From: an uncultured beta proteobacterium
GTDB taxonomy: Bacteria > Pseudomonadota > Gammaproteobacteria > Burkholderiales > SG8-39
Length of the DNA stretch: 64,000 bases
Assembly: GCA_963747775.1 (NCBI GenBank)
Contig: CAVVGT010000002.1
Coordinates: 42,467 to 106,466, forward strand
Reading direction: 5' to 3'
In this document: positions 36,850-45,959 of the stretch, piece by piece
Layout: each line of letters begins with the position of its first letter
How positions within the stretch are numbered: the stretch's first letter is position 1
Program-made: the position numbers and the translations under genes
Notes under the pieces: model-generated
The model's input: the letters and a program-made list of their open reading frames with translations, nothing else
Told to the model about the DNA's origin: nothing
Databases searched by the model: none

Positions 36850-37107
36850 TTACTTCATGCTCGCGACGAGCGCGGCGAACTCGCCGCGGTCGAGCTTCCC
36901 GTCCTTGTTCACTTTGAACTTCGCGAAGCGCTCCGCGATAGCCGGGATCTTCGTCGCCTCGGCGCGCGTAATGAATCCGTCGCCGTCAACGTCGAGCCGC
37001 TGGAATTCCCTATCGATACTCCGACGCGTCGAGCTCTGGCCGAGCGCGGGCTCGGCGGTCATGCCGAGGGCGATAATGGACGCTGCGAGGAAACTGGGAT
37101 TCAGCAT
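36850..37107 (-). CDS. secreted EF-hand calcium-binding protein
   Basis: ORF 36850..37107(-). It has a signal peptide and two EF loops (DVDGDGFITRAE and NKDGKLDRGEF). Confidence 0.75.
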   Translation of the reverse strand: MLNPSFLAASIIALGMTAEPALGQSSTRRSIDREFQRLDVDGDGFITRAEATKIPAIAERFAKFKVNKDGKLDRGEFAALVASMK

Positions 37108-37263
37108 CGGAACTCCTTTCTGCTGTCGAGGGCAGCCGGCGCGTGGCCGACCGGGTCTGTGACGCAGAGATCGTGCCCGAAGGGTGTTTCCCTATGATGA
37201 AGCGCGCGTGAACGTCGGCTTGCGGCGACGTGAATCGCGCGTGACGCGGAAACGCCCGCGATT

Positions 37264-38247
37264 TCAGCGCAGTGTGGTGTCGCCCGCGGACGACGCCGCG
37301 AGCGCGTCCGCGAGATGCGCGATCGAGGTGTTGCCGCCCGAGAGCACGAGCCCGACGCGCTGGCCGCGCAGCTCGTCGCGCATGCGGTGCGCCGCCGCGA
37401 GCACCGCGCCGGCCGCCGACTCGGCCAGCGAATGGCAGCACTCGATCCACCACGCCATGCCGCGGCGGATCTCGTCTTCGGTCGCGAGCCGGAAGTCGTC
37501 GAGCTGCGCGCGCAGGATCGCGAGCGTCAGCTCTGCGGCACGGCCGGTGGCGAGGCCTTCGGCGTACGTCTCGTTCGGCCGCGTCTCGATGCGGCCGGCG
37601 CGCCAGGAGTCGTGCACCGCAGGCGCGGCGGCGGCCTGCACCCCGATTACCCGGATGCCCGGCTTCACCGCCTTCGCCGCGATGCACGTGCCCGCGGCGC
37701 CGCTGCCGAGGCCGACCGGCACGACGATCGCGTCGAGCGCCGGCTGGTCCTCGAGCATCTCGAGCGCGTAGGTGCCGACACCGGCGATGAGGTGGGGCTC
37801 GTTCGCCGAGTGCACGAAGCGCAGCCCGTCGCGTTCGGCGATGGCGCGCGCGTTCGCCGCGGCGTCGTCGAATTTCGCGCCCCGTTCGGCGATCTCCGCG
37901 CCGAAGCCGCGGATCGCCGCAACCTTCCCGGCGTTCGCGCCCTTGGGCACGCAGATCACCGCGCGCACGCCGAACAGGCTCGCGGCAAAAGCGATCGACT
38001 GCCCATGATTGCCGGTGCTCGCGGTGACGACGCCGCGCCGGCGCTCTTCGGGCGCGAGCGTCGCGACGAGGTTCACGCCGCCGCGCACCTTGAACACGCC
38101 GATCGGCTGGTGGTTCTCGTGCTTGACCCAGGCCTCGCAGCCGAGCAGCGCGTCGAGCGCCGGGTAACGGAACAGCGGCGTGCGCGGCAGGTGCGGCGCG
38201 ATGCGCTTGCGCGCGGCGAGAACGTCGACGAGGTTCGGCGGATTCAT
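37264..38247 (-). CDS. PLP-dependent threonine/serine dehydratase family enzyme
   Basis: Internal ATG at 38247 of composite ORF 37264..39294(-). It has the PLP-Lys motif (HENHQPIGVFKVRGG), ASTGNHGQS and GLGSGAAG. Confidence 0.85.
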   Translation of the reverse strand: MNPPNLVDVLAARKRIAPHLPRTPLFRYPALDALLGCEAWVKHENHQPIGVFKVRGGVNLVATLAPEERRRGVVTASTGNHGQSIAFAASLFGVRAVICVPKGANAGKVAAIRGFGAEIAERGAKFDDAAANARAIAERDGLRFVHSANEPHLIAGVGTYALEMLEDQPALDAIVVPVGLGSGAAGTCIAAKAVKPGIRVIGVQAAAAPAVHDSWRAGRIETRPNETYAEGLATGRAAELTLAILRAQLDDFRLATEDEIRRGMAWWIECCHSLAESAAGAVLAAAHRMRDELRGQRVGLVLSGGNTSIAHLADALAASSAGDTTLR

Positions 38248-38376
38248 GGCGCGCAGGATAGCAGGGCCGCAGCCGCGCAAAGGCCGCGCTGAGGGTCGGG
38301 GAATTGACGCGTGACAATCCCGGCCGCTTGGGAAGAGAATGCGCTCCACGGCTGTTCTCACGCCAGGAGGATCGCC

Positions 38377-39438
38377 ATGAGCCGAAACCAACGCCGCGCC
38401 CGTCCGCTTGTCCTCGCTCTCGCCGCGGTTTTCGCGACGTCTCTCGCCTGGATCCCGGCCGGGTACGCGCAGAGCGAGCGCGAGCAGACGCTCACCAAGA
38501 AGGATCCCGCCGAGGCGGAATTCGAGCGCAAGGTCGAAGAGATGTTCACCTCGATCGTGCGCGTCCGGATGAAAGCGGTCGAAGACGCGCGCTCGAGCGC
38601 GACGCTCGGGCCGGCGCGCGCGGGAAGCGGCATCGTGATCGAGCCGGGCTGGGTGCTCACCATCGGTTATCTCGTCATCGAGCCGGACTCGATCGAGATC
38701 ACCGCGTCGAACCACAAAACGCTGCCGGCCACGCTGGCCGGCTACGACCACGCCACCGGATTCGGGCTGTTGAAGGTGCAGGGCGATCTCGGGGTGAAGC
38801 CGCTGCCGCTCGGCGACTCGGCGGCGCTCGCGCTGCGCGAGCCCGTCGTCGTCGCGCCGTTCGGTGGCCAGGACACGGCGAGCCTCGCGCAGGTGACCTC
38901 GAAGCGCCGCTTCACCGGGAGCTGGGAGTACCTGCTCGACAGCGCGATCTTCACCGCGCCCGCCACCGACGGCTGGGCGGGGGCCGCGCTCGTCAATCGC
39001 GACCTCAAGCTCGTGGGGGTCGGGTCGCTGCTGGTGCGCAACGCCGCCGAGCCCGACGCCCTGCTCCTCGGCAACATGTTCGTGCCCACCGATCTGCTCA
39101 AGCCGATTCTCGCGCAGCTCAAGGCGCAGGGCCGCGTGGCCGGCCCGCAACGCCCGTGGCTCGGCCTCGCGACCGAGGAGATGCAAGGCCGGCTGCTGGT
39201 GACGCGCGTGTCGCCCGAGAGCCCGGCTGACCAATCGGGCATCCTCCAGGGCGACGTCGTGGTGAGCGTCGGCGGGCAGGCGGTCAAGACGCACGTCGAG
39301 CTCTACGAGCAGGTGTGGAAGCTCGGCGCGGCCGGGGTCGAGGTGCCGATCAAGATCCTCCGCGGCGTGGACGAGCGCGACGTGCGGGTGAAGTCGATCG
39401 ACCGGTTCGAATACTTCAAGGCGAAGAAGCCGTTGTGA
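38377..39438 (+). CDS. secreted trypsin-like (S1C/DegP-like) domain + PDZ protein with all three catalytic residues substituted
   Basis: Internal ATG at 38377 of ORF 38311..39438, with a caggagga RBS upstream. It has a signal peptide. The His box reads GWVLTIGYLV (Y for H). The Asp box reads DHATGFGLLKV (G for D). The Ser box reads TDGWAGAALVN (A for S). The PDZ-like C-terminus includes GDVVVSVGGQAV. Confidence 0.8.
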   Translation: MSRNQRRARPLVLALAAVFATSLAWIPAGYAQSEREQTLTKKDPAEAEFERKVEEMFTSIVRVRMKAVEDARSSATLGPARAGSGIVIEPGWVLTIGYLVIEPDSIEITASNHKTLPATLAGYDHATGFGLLKVQGDLGVKPLPLGDSAALALREPVVVAPFGGQDTASLAQVTSKRRFTGSWEYLLDSAIFTAPATDGWAGAALVNRDLKLVGVGSLLVRNAAEPDALLLGNMFVPTDLLKPILAQLKAQGRVAGPQRPWLGLATEEMQGRLLVTRVSPESPADQSGILQGDVVVSVGGQAVKTHVELYEQVWKLGAAGVEVPIKILRGVDERDVRVKSIDRFEYFKAKKPL

Positions 39439-39455
39439 CGAGGGAAAGGGAACGC

Positions 39456-40142
39456 GTGACGACAGGAAGGATTCCGACTCCGCGCATCGGCGACGAGGGC
39501 GGGCTCGAGGCGGCGCGCGCGGCGCGCCGCAGGCTGCTCGCGGCCTCGGTCGCGGGTCTTGCGCTCGCGGGCGTGCCGTACGCCGGGCGCGCGCAGGCGC
39601 GCGTGCCGACGCCGCGCCAGACCGCCGGGCCGTTCTATCCGCGCGACTTTCCGCCCGACGACGACAACGATCTCGTGTCGGTCAAGGGGCAGCCGGGAAT
39701 CGCGAAGGGCGAGCTGCTCCTGCTTGCGGGTGTCGTCGTCGACACGAACGGGAAGCCGGTCGCCGGCGCGCGCGTGGAAATCTGGCAATGCAACGCGCTC
39801 GGCCGTTATCACCATCCGGGCGACCACTCGAGCGCGCCGCTCGATCCGGCCTTCCAGGGCTGGGGCCAGTTCATTACGGGTGCGGACGGGGCCTACCGGT
39901 TCCGCACGATCAAGCCGGTGCCGTATCCCGGCCGCACGCCTCATATTCACTTCCGCGTCACGGGCTCGGGGTTCCAGGACCTCGTCACCCAGATGTACGT
40001 GGAAGGGGAGCCGGGCAACGCGCGCGACGGGCTGTACGGCTCGCTCGACCCGCGCGATCGGGCGTTGGTGACCGTGCGGCTGGACCGCGCCGCCGACGGC
40101 AAGGCGCTGGCGGGACGGTTCGAGATCGTCGTGCGCGTGTAG
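39456..40142 (+). CDS. intradiol ring-cleavage dioxygenase-family protein with twin-arginine signal
   Basis: Same frame as ORF 39315..40142. The start is GTG at 39456 (RBS gagggaaaggga), or GTG at 39435 overlapping the protease stop. It has a Tat motif (ARRRLLAASVAGLALAG). The core is TAGPFYP...VEIWQCNALGRYHHP...GRTPHIHF. Confidence 0.8.
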   Translation: MTTGRIPTPRIGDEGGLEAARAARRRLLAASVAGLALAGVPYAGRAQARVPTPRQTAGPFYPRDFPPDDDNDLVSVKGQPGIAKGELLLLAGVVVDTNGKPVAGARVEIWQCNALGRYHHPGDHSSAPLDPAFQGWGQFITGADGAYRFRTIKPVPYPGRTPHIHFRVTGSGFQDLVTQMYVEGEPGNARDGLYGSLDPRDRALVTVRLDRAADGKALAGRFEIVVRV

Positions 40143-40189
40143 GTCGCGCCGCCGGCCGTCGGCGGGGCAATTGCTACACTGGCGGCCGC

Positions 40190-41248
40190 ATGGATTCCTT
40201 CGTCGGCACCACCCCGGTCCAGGACCGCCAGCGCTTCGACGTCGGCGCGCTCGACGCGTATCTGCGCGAGCGCGTCACCGGATACCGCGGCCCGCTCGAG
40301 GTCGAGCAGTTCAAGGGCGGCCAGTCGAACCCGACATTTCTGTTGAGGACGCCGGGTGCGAGCTACGTGATGCGCGCGAAGCCCGCGCCGGCGGCGAAGC
40401 TCCTGCCCTCGGCGCACGCGGTCGACCGCGAATACCGCGTCATCACCGCGCTCGGCGGCGCCGGCTTGCCGGTGCCGCGCACGTTCGCGCTCTGCGAGGA
40501 CGAGGGCGTCATCGGCCGCGCGTTCTACGTCATGGACTACGTCGCCGGCCGCGTGCTGTGGGACCAGGCACTGCCCGGGATGAGCCGCGACGAGCGGCGC
40601 GCGATCTACGACGAGATGAACCGTGTGATCGCGCAGCTGCACGCCGTCGACTTCAAGGCGATCGGCCTCGAGACCTTCGGCAAGCCGGGCAACTACTTCG
40701 CGCGCCAGCTCGACCGCTGGTCGAAGCAGTACCGCGCCTCCGAGACCGAAAAGATCGAGGCGATGGACCGGCTGATGGCGTGGCTGCCCGGCGCGATCCC
40801 CGCGGGCGACGAGACGACGATCGTCCACGGCGACTACCGGCTCGACAACCTCGTGTTCCACCCGACCGAGCCGCGCATCCTGGCGATCCTCGACTGGGAG
40901 CTCTCGACGCTCGGTCACCCGCTCGCCGACTTCTCGTATCACTGCATGAGCTGGCACATTCCGCCCGCTCAATTCCGCGGCATCGCGGGCCTCGACCTGC
41001 CCGGCCTGGGCATCCCGACCGAGGAGGCGTACGTCGCGACGTATTGCCGCCGCACCGGGCGCGACCGCATCGGCCACTGGGACTTCTATCTCGCCTACAA
41101 CATGTTCCGGCTCGCGGCGATCCTCCAGGGAATCATGAAGCGCGCGCTCGACGGCACGGCCGCAAGCCAGCAGGCGCTCGACGCCGGCAAGCGCGCCCGC
41201 CCGCTCGCGGAGATGGGCTGGCAGTACGCGCAGCGCGCCGGCGCCTGA
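40190..41248 (+). CDS. phosphotransferase-family kinase (APH / acyl-CoA-dehydrogenase-associated type)
   Basis: ATG at 40190 within ORF 39788..41248. It has FKGGQSNPTFLL, the catalytic loop HGDYRLDNLVF and ILDWELS. Confidence 0.85.
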   Translation: MDSFVGTTPVQDRQRFDVGALDAYLRERVTGYRGPLEVEQFKGGQSNPTFLLRTPGASYVMRAKPAPAAKLLPSAHAVDREYRVITALGGAGLPVPRTFALCEDEGVIGRAFYVMDYVAGRVLWDQALPGMSRDERRAIYDEMNRVIAQLHAVDFKAIGLETFGKPGNYFARQLDRWSKQYRASETEKIEAMDRLMAWLPGAIPAGDETTIVHGDYRLDNLVFHPTEPRILAILDWELSTLGHPLADFSYHCMSWHIPPAQFRGIAGLDLPGLGIPTEEAYVATYCRRTGRDRIGHWDFYLAYNMFRLAAILQGIMKRALDGTAASQQALDAGKRARPLAEMGWQYAQRAGA

Positions 41249-41281
41249 ACCCTGGTCGTCCCCAATAACCCGGAGATCCTC

Positions 41282-41941
41282 GTGACCCTCAAGCTTTGCG
41301 GCTTCGCCACCAGCAACTACTACAACAAGGTAAAGATGCAGCTGCTGGAGAAGGGCGTCCCGTTCGAGGAAGTGCTGGTGTGGCCCTCGCACGACGAGGC
41401 GCACCTCGCGCGCTCCCCGCGCGGCAAGCTGCCGTACATCGAGGTCGACGGCCGCACGCTCGCCGAGTCGTCGGCGATCTGCGAGTACGTCGAGGAGGCG
41501 TACCCGCAGAAGCCGCTGCTGCCGAAGGACGCCTTCGAGCGCGCGAAGGTGCGCGAGCTGATCGTGTTTCTTGAGCTGCACGTCGAGCTGGTGATGCGGC
41601 GGCTGTACGCCGAGGCGTTCTTCGGCGGCAAGGTTTCCGACGAGACGAAGCAGCAGGTGGAGAAGGACCTGCCGCGCGGCCTCAAGGCGCTCGTGCAGCT
41701 CGCGAAGTTCGCGCCGTTCATCGCCGGGCCGGCGCTCACGCTCGCCGACTGCGCCGCGGCCCAGCACCTGCCGCTCGTCGCGATGGCCACGAAGCGCATT
41801 TACGGCCGTGACTTCGCCGAGCCATACCCGCAGATTGCGGCGTACCTGAAGGAGATGAACCAGCGGCCGATCATGCAGAAGATCGCCGCGGATCGCAAAG
41901 AGAACACGAGGCTGTACGCAGAGAAGAACGCCAAGCGTTGA
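41282..41941 (+). CDS. glutathione S-transferase
   Basis: ORF 41282..41941 with a GTG start. The N-terminal thioredoxin-like part is KLCGFATSNYYNKVK...GKLPYIEVDGRTLAESSAICEYV. The C-terminal domain is helical. Confidence 0.85.
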   Translation: MTLKLCGFATSNYYNKVKMQLLEKGVPFEEVLVWPSHDEAHLARSPRGKLPYIEVDGRTLAESSAICEYVEEAYPQKPLLPKDAFERAKVRELIVFLELHVELVMRRLYAEAFFGGKVSDETKQQVEKDLPRGLKALVQLAKFAPFIAGPALTLADCAAAQHLPLVAMATKRIYGRDFAEPYPQIAAYLKEMNQRPIMQKIAADRKENTRLYAEKNAKR

Positions 41942-41951
41942 GCCCCGTCGC

Positions 41952-42680
41952 ATGACTGCGCCCGTTCGCAACGCCCTGGGCCAGCCGGTCGGCGCGCCGC
42001 TGCCCGACTGGAAGCCGCGGTCGCGCCCGCCGCGCACGCCGATGGAAGGGCGGTTCTGCCGCGTCGAGCCGCTCGAGCCGGACCGTCACGGCGCCGATCT
42101 GTACGCCGCGAACGCGCTCGACCGGGACGGGCGGAACTTCACCTACCTGTCGGGCGGACCGTTCGCGACGCGCGACGCCTATTTCGAGTGGCTGAACGGG
42201 TTCTGCCGCGGCGACGATCCGCTCTTCCACGCGATCGTCGATCGCGCGAGCGGCAGGCCGGTCGGCGTCGCGAGCTTCATGCGCATCGACCCGGGCAATG
42301 GCGTGATCGAGGTCGGGCACATCAACTACTCGCCGCTGCTGCAGCGCAAGCCCGCGGCGACCGAGGCGATGTACCTGATGATGAAGCGCGCGTTCGAGCT
42401 CGGCTACCGGCGCTACGAGTGGAAGTGCGATTCGCTCAACGCGCCGTCGCGCGCGGCCGCGCAGCGCCTCGGCTTCTCGTTCGAGGGCATCTTCCGCCAG
42501 GCGATCGTCTACAAGGGCCGCAACCGCGACACGGCGTGGTACTCGATCATCGACGGCGAGTGGCCGGCGCTGCGCGCGGCGTTCGAGCGCTGGCTCGATC
42601 CGGCGAACTTCGACGCGCAGGGCAGCCAGCGCGTGTCGCTGTCGTCGCTCACCGGGCCGCTGGTGAAGCGGCGCGGCTGA
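41952..42680 (+). CDS. GNAT N-acetyltransferase (RimJ/RimL-like)
   Basis: ORF 41952..42680. It reads IEVGHINYSPLLQRKPAATEAMYLMMKRAFELGYRRYEWKCDSLNAPSRAAAQRLGFSFEG. Confidence 0.85.
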   Translation: MTAPVRNALGQPVGAPLPDWKPRSRPPRTPMEGRFCRVEPLEPDRHGADLYAANALDRDGRNFTYLSGGPFATRDAYFEWLNGFCRGDDPLFHAIVDRASGRPVGVASFMRIDPGNGVIEVGHINYSPLLQRKPAATEAMYLMMKRAFELGYRRYEWKCDSLNAPSRAAAQRLGFSFEGIFRQAIVYKGRNRDTAWYSIIDGEWPALRAAFERWLDPANFDAQGSQRVSLSSLTGPLVKRRG

Positions 42681-42684
42681 GGCC

Positions 42685-43210
42685 GTGATGCGCCGGGTCC
42701 GGTACTACGTCGCGTCGAGCCTGGACGGCTACATCGCGCGCACCGACGGCAGCATCGGTTGGCTGTTCCACGACACCGACTACGGCTACGCGGCGTTCTA
42801 CTCGACCATCGACACGGCCGTCATGGGCCGGACCACCTACGAGCTGTCGCTGTCGTTCGGCGAGTATGCGTTTCCGCGCGTGAAGGTGTACGTCTTCTCC
42901 AGGACGAAGGCCGGGACGCGAGACGAGCGCGCGGAGTTCGTCGCGGGCGACGTCAGCAAGTTCGTTGCAGGCTTGCGCACGCAGCCGGGGCGGGACATCT
43001 GGCTGGTCGGCGGGGCGCAGCTCGCGCGCGAGTTTCTCGCCGCGGACCTGATCGACGAGTACATCGTGTCGATTCATCCGGTGCTTGCTCGGATCGGGGA
43101 TTCCGCTGTTCCCTGTCAACGCGCGTGAGACTGTGCTGCGATTCGAGGGCGCGCGGACGTTTCAGAGCGGGCTCGTGCAGTTGCGGTACGAGCGAGTGGG
43201 CGGGAGCTGA
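42685..43210 (+). pseudogene. RibD C-terminal/dihydrofolate-reductase-like protein, one +1 frameshift near the 3' end
   Basis: ORF 42685..43128 (VRYYVASSLDGYIARTDGSIGWL...DIWLVGGAQLAREFLAADLIDEYIVSIHPVL) loses homology at 43087. After dropping one base (gtgctt-g-ctcgga) it continues LGSGIPLFPVNARETVLRFEGARTFQSGLVQLRYERV to TGA 43208-43210. Confidence 0.75.
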
Positions 43211-43255
43211 AGGAGGAGCGGTGTCGGCGCCAGCGGCGTGACTGTCTACCGGCGC

Positions 43256-43273
43256 CCGGCTATCGATAGCCGG
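43256..43273. repeat. perfect 18-bp palindrome at the GC-content boundary
   Basis: ccggctatcgatagccgg is its own reverse complement. It lies 46 nt after the upstream stop and 90 nt before the ATG at 43364. Confidence 0.8.
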
Positions 43274-43363
43274 TTCCGTGTGCCCCTAGCCAGACCCGGC
43301 TGCAGCTGCCAAGCTTTGATGGTGTCGAATTCAAGTTAGCCGTCACGCCGAAGGGGAAGCGCA

Positions 43364-43702
43364 ATGGCGAAGTTGCATCAGGTATTTGTAGGATGTCCTT
43401 TCGCGACGGAGATCCGAAAGGTCTACGATCGCCTCAAGAAGGAAGTCGAGGTCGAGACGCCGCTGTCCATTGTCTTGGCTGATACCGTGGGCGTAAGTTC
43501 ATCTGACTATCTCCTAGAGAGCATTACTGAACTCATTCGAGATTCGGCTGGGTGCATATTCGACGCCACCGGTGGAAATCCAAACGTATCGCTTGAGGTA
43601 GGCATCGCTCACACGGTGCCAGTGGACTTCATGCTTACCCTCAAGACACGTCAAAAGCGGTCGAACGTAAGGCAACCAAAAGACACTCGTCTACGGAGAT
43701 GA
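43364..43702 (+). CDS. minimal nucleoside-2-deoxyribosyltransferase-like / TIR-like Rossmannoid protein (112 aa) with basic tail
   Basis: ORF 43364..43702, with an aagggga RBS 8 nt upstream. It has QVFVGCPF (strand 1 plus Gly/Pro loop) and CIFDATGGNPNVSLEVGIAH (the Asp...Glu strand-helix pattern of the NDT-like superfamily, recalled from memory). GC is about 50%. Confidence 0.55.
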   Translation: MAKLHQVFVGCPFATEIRKVYDRLKKEVEVETPLSIVLADTVGVSSSDYLLESITELIRDSAGCIFDATGGNPNVSLEVGIAHTVPVDFMLTLKTRQKRSNVRQPKDTRLRR

Positions 43703-44004
43703 CTATGGCTCCGGATCCCACTCCCGCTGCAGGTGCTAACTCGCGCTCGGAGACCGTGCTGCGTCGCCTCCTGGGAGGCATGTCGATCTTCACCTTGCTG
43801 ATGACAGTTCCCCAGGTTCTGACAATATGGGTCGGTCAACAGGCGGCTGGAGTTTCGGTGTTGTCGTGGAGCGCGTATCTTCTGTCCGCGCTGCTCTGGT
43901 TCTGGTTCGGAATCCAGAAACGCGACAAGAACATCTATTTGCTGTGCGTGGGCTGGATCGCACTGAACAGTGCTGTGATCGCGGGCGCTCTAGTCTATGG
44001 ATAG
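43699..44004 (+). CDS. SemiSWEET-like PQ-loop membrane protein (101 aa, 3 TM)
   Basis: ORF 43699..44004. Its ATG overlaps the upstream stop (ATGA). It has the PQ motif in TM1 (LLMTVPQVLTIW), WFWFG in TM2, Asn in TM3 (IALNSAVIAG) and ends ...LVYG. Confidence 0.7.
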   Translation: MTMAPDPTPAAGANSRSETVLRRLLGGMSIFTLLMTVPQVLTIWVGQQAAGVSVLSWSAYLLSALLWFWFGIQKRDKNIYLLCVGWIALNSAVIAGALVYG

Positions 44005-44041
44005 CCACGCAGTAATTGCACGCGCTTAGGGGAGGAAAACA

Positions 44042-44335
44042 ATGCCCGCCTACGTGATCTTCGACGTCGACATCCGCGATCCCGACCGCTATCAGGACTT
44101 CATGAAGAAAGTGAAGCCTGCGCTCGACGAAGCCGGCGCGCGCTACCTGGCTCGGGGCGGGGCGCACAAGGTCTACGAAGGCGACTGGAGTCCCCGGCGC
44201 ATCGTGCTGCTGGAGTTTCCCTCGGTCGCGGCCTGGGAGGCCTTCTACTACGGGCCCGTGTACCAGGGCGTCAAAGCGATACGCGATGAATGCAGCGCCG
44301 CCCGCCTGGTGAGCGTGGAAGGATTCGCGGCGTGA
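44042..44335 (+). CDS. DUF1330-family protein
   Basis: ORF 44042..44335, reading MPAYVIFDVDIRDPDRYQDFMKKVKPALDEAGARYLARGG...IVLLEFPS. A ggggagga RBS lies upstream. Confidence 0.8.
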   Translation: MPAYVIFDVDIRDPDRYQDFMKKVKPALDEAGARYLARGGAHKVYEGDWSPRRIVLLEFPSVAAWEAFYYGPVYQGVKAIRDECSAARLVSVEGFAA

Positions 44336-45894
44336 CCGTGACTTCGGGCGTCGCGCAGGCACAAGCGCCCGATCCGGCATACGGCGTCGACGACGGCCCC
44401 ACGCTCCGCCACGCCGACATCCACCGTCGGCCCGACGCCGCCCGCAAGCGCGCCGTCGTGGACGCCCTCCACAAATTCCTCCCGCCGCACTGCCTGCTCT
44501 ACGTCGACGAGGACACCCGCCCGTACGAGTGCGACGGCCTCACCGCGTACCGCCAGACGCCGCTGTGCGTGGTCCTGCCGGAGACCGAGGAACAGGTCCG
44601 CCGCACGCTCGTGACCTGCCGCGAACTGGACGTACCGGTGGTCGCGCGCGGCGCGGGCACGTGCCTCTCGGGCGGCGCGACGCCGCACGCCTCGGGGGTC
44701 CTGCTGGCGCTCGCGAAGTTCAACCGCATCCTGCGCATCGATCCGGTCGCGCGCATCGCCGTCGTCCAGCCCGGCGTGCGCAACGTCACCGTATCGGAAG
44801 CGGCGGCGCCCTACGGCCTCTTCTTCGCGCCGGATCCGGCGTCGCAGCTCGCCTCGACCATCGGCGGCAACGTCGCTGAAAACGCCGGCGGCGTGCATTG
44901 CCTCAAGTACGGCCTCACCGCGCAGAACGTGATGGCCATTCGCGCAATCACGATCGAGGGCGATATCGTGGAGCTCGGCTCATCCGCGCTCGATGCGCCC
45001 GGTTACGATCTGACGACGCTGATCAACGGCTCCGAGGGAATGCTCGCGATCGCGACCGAAGCGACCCTGAAGCTGCTCCCGAGGCCGATGCTCGCGCGCG
45101 TGATCCTCGCCTCGTTCGCCGAGGTGGACGCCGCCGGTGACGCGGTCGCCGCCGTGATCGCCAACGGCATCATCCCCGCCGCGCTGGAGATGATGGACCA
45201 GGCCACCACCCGTGCGGTGGAAGAGTTCGTGCACGCCGGCTACGACCTCGACGCGAAGGCGGTGTTGCTCTGCGAGTCGGACGGCACGCCGGAGGAAGTG
45301 GACGAGGAGATTGCGCGGATGACGGCGGTGCTGCGGGCTGCCGGGGCCTCCGGGATCCACGTGTCGGGCAGCGACGCGGAACGCGCCCGGCTCTGGGCCG
45401 GCCGCAAGGCGGCGCTCGCGACGATCGGGCGGCTCTCGCCCGATTACTACGTGCTCGACGGCAGCGTGCCCCGCCGCCGCATTTCGGAAGCGCTGCGGTT
45501 CATTGCCGGGCAGGAGCAGAAGCACGGCTTGCGCTGCCTGAACATGTTCCACGCGGGCGACGGCAACCTGCACCCGGTCATCCTCTTCAACGCCAGCGAT
45601 CCCGCCCAGGTGCACCGCGGCGAGGCGTTCGCCGACGAGGTGCTGCGCAAGTGCGTGGAGCTGGGCGGCACGGTCACCGGCGAGCACGGCGTGGGAATCG
45701 AGAAGCTCGGTGCCATGTGCGCCCAGTTCACGGCGGGCGAGCTCGGCACGTTCTTCGGGGTCAAGCGGGCCTTCGATCCGCCGGGGCTCCTCAATCCGGG
45801 CAAGGCGGTGCCGACGCTCGCGCGCTGCGCCGAGTTCGGCCGGATGCACGTGCGGCACGGGCAGCTGCCGTTTCCCGGGCTGGAGCGGTTCTGA
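44332..45894 (+). CDS. FAD-linked oxidase (glycolate oxidase GlcD-like)
   Basis: GTG at 44332 overlaps the DUF1330 stop (GTGA), within ORF 44290..45894. It reads VVARGAGTCLSGGA...GGVHCLKYG...GDGNLHP...GEHGVGIEK. Confidence 0.9.
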   Translation: MTVTSGVAQAQAPDPAYGVDDGPTLRHADIHRRPDAARKRAVVDALHKFLPPHCLLYVDEDTRPYECDGLTAYRQTPLCVVLPETEEQVRRTLVTCRELDVPVVARGAGTCLSGGATPHASGVLLALAKFNRILRIDPVARIAVVQPGVRNVTVSEAAAPYGLFFAPDPASQLASTIGGNVAENAGGVHCLKYGLTAQNVMAIRAITIEGDIVELGSSALDAPGYDLTTLINGSEGMLAIATEATLKLLPRPMLARVILASFAEVDAAGDAVAAVIANGIIPAALEMMDQATTRAVEEFVHAGYDLDAKAVLLCESDGTPEEVDEEIARMTAVLRAAGASGIHVSGSDAERARLWAGRKAALATIGRLSPDYYVLDGSVPRRRISEALRFIAGQEQKHGLRCLNMFHAGDGNLHPVILFNASDPAQVHRGEAFADEVLRKCVELGGTVTGEHGVGIEKLGAMCAQFTAGELGTFFGVKRAFDPPGLLNPGKAVPTLARCAEFGRMHVRHGQLPFPGLERF

Positions 45895-45959
45895 CTCCGG
45901 CGCCGGCATTCCGTCGCGTGGCGGAGCGGCATACAATCGTTGCGGCACAAGGGAACGCC

